DNA from: Dictyostelium discoideum
Lineage: Eukaryota
Reading direction: 5' to 3'
Length of the DNA: 64,000 bases
NCBI GenBank assembly: GCA_000004695.1
Contig: CM000150.2
Span: 2,752,001-2,816,000 of the forward strand
Below are positions 30,084 to 48,059 of this stretch, one piece after another. The notes under the pieces were generated by a model. That model had not been told where the DNA came from, did not search any database, and saw nothing but the letters and a program-made list of their open reading frames with translations. The position numbers were made by a program, and so were the translations under genes. Each line of letters starts with the position of its first letter. The first letter of the stretch is position 1.

Positions 30084-30396
30084 TTATTTTTTTTCTTTTC
30101 TACCTCTATTATTACTAACACCACTGTTATGATGTGATGAAGAGTGAGGTGATTGATCTCTATTATGATATGAATATTGTTGCTGTTGTTGTTGTTGTTG
30201 TTGTTGTTGATATTGTTGATCATTTTGTTGATATTGTTGGTCATTTTGTTGATATTGTTGATATTGTTGATTTTGATGTTGTTGTTCATATTGTTGTTGG
30301 TATTGTTGTTGTTGGTGCTGTTGATGGTGTTGTTGTTGTTGGTGATGTTGTTGATATTGTTGCTGCTGGTGATATTGTTGCTGGTGATGTTGTTGG

Positions 30397-30437
<41 letters not shown>

Positions 30438-32323
30438 ATGTTGTTGTTGAGGAGGATTTTTACTATTTATTGAATAAGCCAAATTATTTGCCGTTATTGG
30501 TTCAACTGGATTCTCTATAAAGACTAATAATTCTGCTAAATAATAATAAGTTTTTTCATCAGGTATTTTATTTGTTCTAAAAATATAATAAAATTGTTAA
30601 TATAATAAAATTGTCTATAAAGGAAATTTGGAAAAAAAAAAAATACAAACCTAATTTCTTCATTTACTAAAGTTAATAAAGCTTTTAATAATGAAGGTTG
30701 ATACATTAAAGCCAATAATCTAATTTTTTCACATTCAGAAAATATTGATTCTAATTTTTGAGGTAAAGATTTAAAGAGTCTACTAATTTTAGTGAAATCA
30801 CTATGAATTGAGTCCATTTTAATGTATGGAATTATATTTGATTCAGCAACTGTATTATAAGACATTGTAAATTGAGATTGAATTGGTGGAAAAGGTAATT
30901 GTGGTGGTGGTAATTGTAATTTTTGAGATATACCCTGTTGATGTTGTTGTTGCTGTTGTTGTAAAAATTGTTGTTGTTGTTGCTGTTGTAAATCATTTAA
31001 ATTACCAAGTTCTAAACAAGTTAAATCCTCACCAAGAAATGGTAAATCAACATTTGGTTCAAATAAAGATAATGCTAAAACTGGTACATCATTTTCATAG
31101 GTTGAATTTATCATACCATACCAATTATCTTGAATATGAACGATTGCAGTTTTCTTTTCATTTCTCAAACAATTTTGAAGTACAGGTCCTAATGGTGGTA
31201 ATGTTGATGGTTTAGAATCTGAAATTAATGGTATTAATACATGTCTTGAAAGAGATGGTATATTATTTAATGATTTATTTGGTAAATACCCAATAATTGA
31301 TAATATTGACATTGATAAATTATTATTATTATTATTATTAGTACTATTATTATTATTATTATTACCAACACCACTATTCATTAAACTACTCTTTGGAATA
31401 CCACCATTATTTAAAAAGTTTAATAAAGTCATTGGATTTGGATAAATTGTCATTGGTGAATTTAATCTACCAAATACTAAAACACATTTATAAAGATTAT
31501 AATTATTATTAACTATTCTATTAATTATATTTGTTAATTCAATATTTAATTGTAATATACTACTAGAATTACTATTTTTAATTTGATTATTTAATTTAAT
31601 TATATCAACTGTACCACGAAAATTATTATTTACTCTAATTTGATTATTATTTTTTTCATTATTATTTAATTGACTATTATTATTATTATTACTATCGAAT
31701 TTATTACTATTATTATTATTATTTGAATGATTTAAATAAATCAAATGACTATTTGAATGATTTAAATGATTATCTTTTATACAAATTGAAATGAAATGAA
31801 ATTGATGAACAAAAGGGAATTGAAAATTTTTAATTTTTGAAAATATTGAATCACCATCACCACTACTACATTTATCAAATGCAGTACATTGATCGGTAAA
31901 TATAAATATTTCAGTCGCAACACTTGTCGAATTACCATATGTAGATTGAATTAATTCACAAACTTGATTTAAAGCATTCAATAAATCTGTACGATCTGAT
32001 AATCTTATATCAATATTATTTTCAAATTCATTTAAAAACTCTTGAAATCCTTTTGTAAACGGTATTATAACATTTACATCGGATGAATAAGTTAACAATG
32101 CTATTGGATTTGCCATATATGAACTAAATTTTGATGTTAATGTTGATAAAAAATATCCAATTGTTGATTTTAATATATCAAAATATGTTTTAATCTCTTC
32201 TTCATTATTATTATTATTGTTATTATTATTATTTGAGCTATCTATATTATTATTTCCATTATTAATTCTAAATATAGAATGTGCCATTGAAATTGATACA
32301 TCCAATAATAAAACTGTTGCCAT
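30084..32323 (-). CDS. Integrator complex subunit 14 (INTS14/VWA9)-like protein with a C-terminal poly-Gln/His tail. Exons 30651..32323 and 30084..30576.
   Basis: The N-terminal VWA-like region MATVLLLDVSISM...LLTYSSDVNVIIPFTKGFQEF...EIFIFTDQC matches INTS14 (MPTVVVMDVSLSM...LVVFSSLWELMVPFTRDY...VVLVTDGC). DNWYGMINSTYENDVPVLALSLFEPNVDLPFLG matches EWHGMLYSQADSKKKSNLMMSLFEPGPEPLPWLG. The intron has a GTTTGT donor at 30650..30645 and a TTTTTAG acceptor ending 30577. Splicing in phase 2 joins to the Q/H-rich ORF 30084..30482, whose listed start is a TTG. Confidence 0.6.
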
Positions 32324-32607
32324 TTTATTATTTAATTATTCTTTTATTTAAAAGAATGAATTTTAAAGTTAAATAAAAAAATTGAAAAAAAAAAAAAGAA
32401 AATTAAAAAAAATTCTGAAATTAAAAAAATAAAAAAAAAAGTGAAAAAAGTGAAAAATTCAGATGATCATTTTTTTGGAATAAATGAATATTTTTTTATT
32501 TATGGTTTATTATTTTTTTTTATTATTTTTATTTTTATTCTATTTTTTTTTTTTTCTTTTTTTTTTTTTTTTGAGATTTTTTTCCTATTTTTTTTCCTAT
32601 TTTTTTT

Positions 32608-32638
<31 letters not shown>

Positions 32639-32672
32639 GAAGTTATTAATATATTTTTTAAAGATTCTCAAT

Positions 32673-35444
<2,772 letters not shown>

Positions 35445-36107
35445 TTATTGTTAGATATTTTATTTTTAGTTTTTTTTTTTTTTATTTTATTTTTTTTTAA
35501 TGTTTGTTTTTGAAATATAGCGAACACATCCCACTGGGCGTATTTTTTTTTTTTTTTTTGTTATTTTTTTTGTTTTTTTTTTTTTATTTTTTTTTTCAAT
35601 TTTCGGTTTGTTGTGAAAAAAAAAAAAATAAACAAAAAAAAAAAATAAAAAAATAAAAAAATAAAAAATAACAAAAAAAAAAATAAAAATAAAAAAAAAA
35701 AAAAAAAAAAAAAATTAAAAATAAATAAAAAAAATAAATAAATAAAAAAAAATAATATAAAAAATAATAAATTATTATTATAATAAATTTTAAAAAATAA
35801 TTATTTTAAGTAAAATAAAGATGAGATAAATATTTTTGGAAAATCTTGGTATACCATTGTTTTTTTATTTTTTTTTATTTTTTTTTTATTTTTTTTAATT
35901 TTTTATTTTTTTTTTAATTTTTTTTTTTTTTTTTTTTCATTTTTTTCATTGGTCATTAATTTTTAATAATTAAATATAAAATCAGATAAACTTTTTACCC
36001 ACCAACCAATTAAAATATCACTTTTTTATTGGATTATTTTTCATTAATTTAAATATTAAATTTAATATTATTAAAATTTTTAATTTTTATTTTAATTAAC
36101 AATAAAT

Positions 36108-37424
36108 ATGGAAAATAATAATAAAAATTATTCCCATTATTTACATAGTGGATATGCCCATCCAATTACTAGATCATGGCAAGGTGATAAGGTCATTTTG
36201 AAATCTCAATTAATTTATCCAATTTTTGTTACAGATTTAATTAATACAAAAACTGAAATTAAATGTATGTTTTTTTTTTTTTTTTTTTATTTTTTTTATT
36301 TTTCCAGTTAACAAAAAAAAAAAAAAAAAAAAAAACCATTAAAATTGATTTAAATAGAAATTTATTCTAATTGTAATAATTACTAAAATTATTATTATTA
36401 ATTTAACCAAAAATAAAAAAAATAAAAAAAAAACAATATAAAATATAAAATAATAATAATAAAAATAGCCTTACCAGGACAATATCAAATTTCAAGTGAT
36501 TTAGTAGTTGAATTTTTGAGACCATTGGTTGAGAAAGGATTAAAATCAATAATTTTATTTGGTGTAATTATAAGTGGTGTAAAAGATGAACAAGCTTCAT
36601 CTGCCGATAAAAGAGAATCATCACCAGTTATTAAATCAAGTTTGTATTTTTTTTAAAATATTATTTATTTATTTATTTTTTTATTTATTTATTTATTTAT
36701 TTCCAATGTACTAATTTTTTTTATTTTCATTTTTATTTTTTAAAAAAAAGTTGAATTAATTAAAAATGAATTTCCAGAAATTTTAATTTGTACAGATTTA
36801 TGTTTATGTGCATATACAGATCATGGACATTGTGGTGTATTAACAGAGGAAGGATTTATTGAAAATGAAAAGAGTATTATTAGATTAGGAGAGATAGCAT
36901 TATCATTTGCAAAAGCAGGTGCTCATGTAATTGCACCAAGTGATATGATGGATTGCAGAGTCGGACAAATTAAAAAGGTATTATTCCAAAATGGATATGG
37001 TGGTCGTGTTGCAGTGATGGCCTATAGCTCCAAATTTGCATCATCCTACTATGGTCCATTTAGAGATGCAGCTGGAAGTGGAGCAAAACATGGCGATAGA
37101 CAAGCTTACCAATTACCAATTGCATCAAGAGGTTTAGGTTTAAGAGCTGCCCTTAGAGACGAAGCAGAAGGTGCCGATTTCATTATGGTTAAACCAGCTG
37201 GTCCTTACATGGATATCATTCGTGAAGTCAAAGATCACGTTAAAGTACCAGTATGCTGTTATCAGGTCAGTGGTGAATATGCTATGATTTATCATGCATC
37301 TGTCGCTGGTGGTATCGATTTAAAATCTGGTGTTATGGAATCTTTAATTTCCCTCCAACGTTCTGGTTGTGATATTTTCATTACTTATTTCACTCCACAA
37401 TTATTAGATTGGTTAAAATTATAA
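36108..37424 (+). CDS. hemB: Porphobilinogen synthase (delta-aminolevulinate dehydratase, ALAD). Exons 36108..36264, 36469..36639 and 36751..37424.
   Basis: The 333-aa spliced product is collinear with human ALAD: LHSGYAHPITRSWQ...LIYPIFVTD...|SLPGQYQ...LVEKGLKSIILFGV...|IELIKNEFPEILICTDLCLCAYTDHGHCGVL...APSDMMDCRVGQIKK...GRVAVMAYSSKFASSYYGPFRDAA...FIMVKPAGPYMDIIREVK...ITYFTPQLLDWLK. Donors are GTATGT (36265) and GTTTGT (36640). Confidence 0.85.
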
Positions 37425-37494
37425 AAATAAAAGAAAAAAAGAAAATAATTATAATAATAAGTAATTATAATAATAAGTAATAATACAATTTATT

Positions 37495-38655
37495 TTATTT
37501 ATTAATTTTTAAAGAATGAGCAACAACATATTTTAAAGAATTTAATAAAATTTTTAAACCATCAGTAGTTTTATCCCAACTTGATGGATCAAATTCATTA
37601 GAAGGCGGATAAAAATTTAAACCAATGATTGGAGATTTTTTAGTTGATAATTCAACAATTAATGGTCTTTCATTCTCCCATTCAGCTATTAAATTAGATT
37701 GTGAAGACATTTCTGAATCACTATGAGAACTATTTACTCCACCACCAAATTTTTCAACACCTTCTAAAATTGGATGATCTGGTATAATTTTTCTACCCAT
37801 TTTTAATTTGTAAACTCTTTGTGTAATACCATCATTAAATGGATTATATCCTTCTTCTAACCATCTACCTTCAAGTCTATTACCTTTTCCACACTTTTTT
37901 AAAAATTAAAAATTAAAAATTAATAAAAAAGAAAAATTGGAAATAATAATAATAATAAATATTTTTAAAATACAAACATTTGAATAAGCAGCAATAACAA
38001 TACCACCACCACTATCAACATAATCTGATAAAATATTACCAATTGATTTTTGTCTAAAACCACAATATGAAAAGAAAAGTATACCATCATATTGGTAAAG
38101 ATCATTTACGGTTAATGATTTAAAACCAAAAACATTAAAATGATCAATTGATTTTAAACCCATTTTATGTAGACTTTTTTTTAATTCTAAAATTCTATTA
38201 TCTTCAATTTCTGAACCAATTACTAAATAACGTGGAGTACTACTTTTAATAAAAAAAAATTTCCAACTATTTTCTTGATAATTTAATAAAATTCTTCTAT
38301 AATTATTTTCAATATTTGCTTCATCTAAAAAATAATTATTTTCATTATTTTCATTTAAATTATTATTATTATTATTTTTATTATTATTATTATTATTATT
38401 ATTAAAATTATTTAAATCAATATTTAAATTATCTTGATTTTCATTAAATTCTTGGTTATTTAATTTTTGAAATCTTGATTTTAATTTTGGAGAATTTTTA
38501 TATTTAGAGTGTGATAATAATTTCCAAAATAATTCATCACTACAGAGATGGTAAATATATTTTGAAACATATTGAAATTCTTGAATTATAAAATCACTTG
38601 AAACTTTTGATAATATTAAATAAAATACCTCTGTCGGTAAATCTTGAAGGTTCAT
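37495..38655 (-). CDS. F-box-like domain protein with an unassigned C-terminal domain. Exons 37978..38655 and 37495..37893.
   Basis: The N-terminal MNLQDLPTEVFYLILSKVSSDFIIQEFQYVSKYIYHLCSDELFWKLL fits an F-box. A GTTTGT donor at 37977..37972 and an AAAAAAG acceptor ending 37894 join in phase 0 to ...GGGIVIAAYSN|CGKGNRLEGRWLEEGYNPFNDG... ORF 37495..37800 is the downstream exon. Confidence 0.45.
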
Positions 38656-38887
38656 AGTTTAATTTTATTATATATATTATATTATTTTTAAATAATTTTT
38701 ACAAATAATAAAACATTTAATTATTAAAAAAATAAATTAAAATAATATTTAAATAATTTAAATAAATTAAAAAAAAAAAAAAAAAATTATTTAAAAAAAA
38801 AATTAAAAATAATTATTGTAATTGCCAATGTATTAAAAGATATATAAAAAATAATGTTTAAAAAAAAAAAATTAAAAAATTTAGAAG

Positions 38888-38922
<35 letters not shown>

Positions 38923-39077
38923 AATATAACTGAAACAAAAAAAAAAGTTACAAAACTTTTTGATATTTTTCAAAAACTGTGTTTTTTTTTTTTTTTTTGA
39001 AATTTTATTTTTTATTTTTATTTTTATTTTTATTTTTGGTTATTTTAATTTTTATTTTTTAATTATTTTTTTTATTT

Positions 39078-43119
<4,042 letters not shown>

Positions 43120-43743
43120 TCTATCTAAGAAATCTATATAAAAAAAAAATATAAAAATGATAATTGAAAATATGTGGATTTGTGAAAATATAAAAATATA
43201 AAAATATAAAAAAAAAAAAAAAAAAAATTGCGCAATATCTTGATATTTTAAGGAAAAAAAAAAAATAGAAAAAATAAAAAAAAAAAAAAGAAAAATCCGC
43301 AAAAAAAAAAAAAAAAAAAAAAAGACAAGAAAATTTTAGGATTGAAAAAAAGAAAAATGTATATACATAACTAATTATTATTCTTTTAAATGAGATATTT
43401 TTTAAACATTGTATATACATTTTTCTTTTTTTTACCTTTTTGAAATTATATAAAAAAATTTAATATATTTTAAACTTTTGGGAATCCTATTATTTATTTT
43501 TTAAAACAATATATTTTCCTGAAAATGTTTTAGTTTATTTTTTACCTCTATGAGATTATATAAAAAAATTAAATGTATCCATAGTTTTTAAAATTAAATA
43601 TATTTAATTAAATATCCATAATTTTTAAAATTAAACCATTTTAAAAAAAACAAATCAAATACAAAAAAGTTTAAAAATTAAAAAAAAGAAATTTTTTTTT
43701 TAAAATTATTATAAAATGCTATTTATTAAGAAATATTATTTAT

Positions 43744-45105
43744 TTATTTCTTTTTTGATGGGGCAGCAGCACCTTTCTTATCACCGGCTTTACCTGGGGC
43801 TTTCTTGACGGTTGATTTGATGACACCGACGGCGACGGTTTGTCTCATATCTCTGACGGCGAAACGACCTAATGGTGGGTATTCAGTGAAGGATTCAACA
43901 CACATTGGACGAGATGGGGTTAATTCGACCATAGCGGCATCACCATTCTTTAAGACGACGGCGGCAGTACCTTCTTTGGCAACGACGGCACCAGTACGAC
44001 GATCAACTTTATCGACGATTTCAGTGAATTTACAGGCAATGTGAGCAGTGTGACAATCTAAGACTGGTGAGTAACCAGCATGGATTTGACCTGGATGGTT
44101 GAGGACGATAACTTGAGCAACGAATTTTTCAGTTTCTTGTGGTGGATCGTTTTTGGAGTCACCAGCGACCATACCTCTTTTAATTTCTTTGACTGAAACG
44201 TTTTTAACGTTGAAACCTACATTGTCACCTGGACGGGCTTCTGGGAGTTGTTCGTGATGCATTTCGACTGATTTGACTTCAGTTGAGAGACCAGCTGGGG
44301 CAAAGGTGACGACCATACCTGGTTTAATGATACCAGTTTCGACACGACCTACTGGAACAGTACCGATACCACCGATCTTGTAGACATCTTGTAATGGAAT
44401 ACGTAATGGTTTATCGTGTGGACGTTTTGGTTCGACGATGGCATCGAGGGCTTCTAATAAAGTTGGACCTTTGTACCATTCCATTTTGTCGGATCTTTCT
44501 AACATGTTATCACCATTCCAACCTGAGATTGGGACGAAGGCAACTTTTTCTGGATTGTAACCAATCTTTTTGATGAAAGATGAAACTTCCTTGACAATTT
44601 CGTCGTAACGGGCTTGTGAGTAGTTGGTTGATTTTTCATCCATCTTGTTGATAGCAACGATCATTTGTTTGACACCTAAAGTGTAAGCAAGGAGAGCGTG
44701 TTCACGAGTTTGACCGTTTTTGGCGATACCAGCTTCGAATTCACCAGTTGGGGAGGCAATGACTAAGACGGCACAATCGGCTTGGGAGGTACCAGTAATC
44801 ATATTCTTGATGAAATCTCTGTGACCTGGGGCATCAATGATGGTGAAGTAGTATTTGGAGGTTTCGAATTTCCATAAAGCAATATCGATGGTGATACCTC
44901 TTTCACGTTCAGCCTTTAATTTATCCATAACCCAGGCGTATTTGAAGGATTGTTTACCCATTTCAGAAGCTTCCTTTTCATACTTTTCGATAACTCTCTT
45001 ATCGATACCACCACATTTGTAGATTAAATGACCAGTGGTGGTTGATTTACCAGCATCTACGTGACCAATGACGACAATGTTAATGTGAGTTTTCTCTTTA
45101 CCCAT
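43744..45105 (-). CDS. efaA: Translation elongation factor 1-alpha (eEF1A/ABP-50), intronless.
   Basis: The 453-aa ORF begins [46 protein letters not shown]... and has the GTP-binding motifs [14 protein letters not shown] and NKMD. The locus is relatively GC-rich with strong codon bias. Which efaA paralogue it is cannot be told from the sequence alone. Confidence 0.95.
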
Positions 45106-45983
45106 GGTTGTTTATTCTAAAAAATTAAATTTTAAAAAAATTATTAGTATTAATAAAACTTTTTTTTTTCAAAAAAATAATATAATAAATAAAATTTTAC
45201 ATGTGTATATTTATTATGTGTGTATATATTTATTGTGTGTGTTTGTATATATTATAATAAATTAATGAATAAAATTATAAAATTAAAATAAATTTATATT
45301 CTTTTGAACACAAAAAAATAAAATTTTAATGCGAAATTTAATGGAAAAGGTGTGCTTGTGTGTGAGTGTGTTTATCCCAATTTATTTAATTCGTTTTTTT
45401 TTATTATTATTTTATTTTTATTTTAATTTATTTATTTTTTTATTTTATTTTTCTAAAAATAAGATGCTTATTATTTCAATTTTTTTTAAACTACTCTATT
45501 TTTTTTTTTTATCATTATTATTTTTTTTATGTGGTGTGTGTGGAAAATATCATTTTTTATGAATATGTTCATAATTTGCGCATACCTTTCTTTAAAGTTG
45601 ATTATAACAATGAATCAAAAAAAGTTGAAAAATTCTTTTTATGCGTCGCAAAAAAAAAAATAAAAAAAAAATGTTTTTTTCGAAAAAAATTTTAAAAATA
45701 AATTGATAAACCAACATAACATTTACATAAGTTTTACATAAAAAAAAACCGATCTTCATAAAAAAAAAATTTTAAAAAAATTTGAAAAAAAAAAAAATTA
45801 TTAAAAAATAAAAAAAGGATAATCTCTGATCTTATTCTTATAAAGATAAAAAATAAAAAATATAAAATTAAAAAATAAAAAATAAAAAATAAAAAATAAA
45901 AAAAAAAAAATGAAAGATTATAATGATTGAAAGCGGTAAAATTATTGATGATAAGAAATAGATAGAGTTTTGATTTGAAAAAA

Positions 45984-46017
<34 letters not shown>

Positions 46018-46251
46018 TATTTTTAACCCTTTATTTGATTATGATTTCTTTTTTTTTTTTTTTTTTTTTTTTTTGTTGGGATGATATAAATATATATATT
46101 TTATTTATCTTGTATATTATAAATCAATAGTATCTTCAACAAAATAATATTTAGTTATTGGGTCAGTAGTACCAATTTTCATTAGTTGTAGTTTTGAAAA
46201 GTTTTGAAAACCAAATTCTATATTTTCATCCATATGTTTCTTTTTTTTTTT

Positions 46252-46819
46252 TTAAAAATTTGTTAGAAACTTTTTGATTTAAAAAAGAAAAAGGTGATGT
46301 GTTTTTAAAATTTATACATACTTTAATTTGAAGATAATTTCTTTGTATATTTTTACCTTTTGCAATTGTAATATGAGGATGCCAATCTCTATCTTCTTCA
46401 ACTTTAATATTTTGATCTTTAAATAATTTATATAAACGATTTCTATAATCCACTATTTTACTATACCCATCATGATTTTCATTAACACCAGCCCATATAA
46501 CTCTATCTTTAAATGAACCTATTCCTTTTATAGATGAAGAAGGTTTATTATTTTCACCAAATATTTCAGTAGCTAATAATTTAGTTTGTGGCATTAATGT
46601 TGATTTAACAATTGATAATTGTTCATCTGTTAATTCCATAACAAATACAGTAACATGAAATTTTTCAGAGGGAATTAAATCTTTTTCAACATATTTACAA
46701 CTTTTTTTCATTGAATTTTGAATTTGTTTAAGTTGGTTATAAATTAATAATTCTGTAATTTGAAGTCCAAAAAAATAATTCATTCTACCAACATTGGATT
46801 TAACTAATTGATTTGACAT
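46252..46819 (-). CDS. 2H-phosphoesterase superfamily protein (LigT/AKAP7-like cyclic phosphodiesterase fold). Exons 46322..46819 and a possible micro-exon 46252..46269.
   Basis: Two H-x-T motifs sit at the right spacing (FHVTVFVMEL and HPHITIAKG). A GTATGT donor at 46321..46316 and an AAATCAAAAAG acceptor would splice a 52-nt intron to the terminal FLTNF*. A read-through end at 46226 is the alternative. Confidence 0.45.
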
Positions 46820-46837
46820 TATTTAAATAAAACTAAT

Positions 46838-46880
<43 letters not shown>

Positions 46881-46921
46881 AGGTTATGGTTGAAGATGGA
46901 GAAATAGTAATGGCAGTAATG

Positions 46922-46983
<62 letters not shown>

Positions 46984-47425
46984 ATTTGTTTCTTTTTATC
47001 TTTTCTGGTTAAATTCCCTGAAAAAAAAAAAAAAAAAACTCAAGTCAATTTCCAATACCTTAAAAAATTCCTTTACCAAATCAATTTCCGACACCTTAAA
47101 AAATTCCTTTACCAAATCAATTTCCAATACCTTAAAAAATTAAAAAATTAAAACTAATAAACTAAAATTAAAATCTATTTTAGAATTAAAAAAAAAAAAA
47201 CTAACAATATTAGGCCATAAAAGTTTAAAATCCAAATTACTTTTTTATTTTTTTTATTATTTTTTTAATTGTTTTTTTTATTGTTTTTTTTATTCATATA
47301 TTCAATCCATAAATAGATTTCCCAAAACCCATTTATATATTTTTTTTTTTTAGTCAGGGAAAAAAAAAACTCTTGGTTTATAATATTAGTTTTCTTTTTT
47401 ATAATTTCATTATTAATATTATAAA

Positions 47426-47471
<46 letters not shown>

Positions 47472-47519
47472 TTCTTTTTAATAAATTTCATTATTATTGT
47501 TATTATTAATAATATTATT

Positions 47520-47986
47520 TTATTGCCATGGTTTAATATTATAGTTTACAAATAATGAACCGGTTGGAAATGGTGGTATTTTATAATAACTATTGAAAAT
47601 TGGGTGTAAAACACGAGCAGCACCATCAAGACAAGTTAATGGAATTGGATAGAATCTTCTAGCTCTTTTACTTCTAACTTTAAAATCTTTATCAGTAACT
47701 GGACCCATATCACTAACCCAACCGGTATTGACTGAAGAAACATGAATATTTCTTTTCTCTAAAGAGGCACTAATTGATCTTGTCATCATATTTAGTGCAG
47801 CTTTTGCCATATTAGTATGAACGTGATTACCACTTTGATTATTATAATCATAATCAAAATCACCTTCTGATGATGTAACATTTACAATATAACCCCAATC
47901 TAATTTTGATACTGTTGAATTGTTATTATTATTATTATTGCTATTATTATTATTTCTAAAATTATTATTATTAAATCTATTTGATC

Positions 47987-48059
<73 letters not shown>

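Noticed and set aside
30134-30520. + strand ORFs 30134..30520 and 30177..30473 (poly-Val/poly-Leu)
   Set aside because: They are antisense to the Q/H-rich terminal exon of the INTS14-like gene.
43121-43420. Minus ORF of 99 aa, F/Y-rich
   Set aside because: It reads through poly(A)/poly(T) promoter sequence upstream of the myotubularin start and has no complexity.
45329-45562. + ORF of 77 aa upstream of EF-1alpha
   Set aside because: It is an F/L-rich translation of T-rich promoter DNA. The only non-AT segment (gtgtgcttgtgtgtgagtgtg) is a GT-rich promoter element, not coding.
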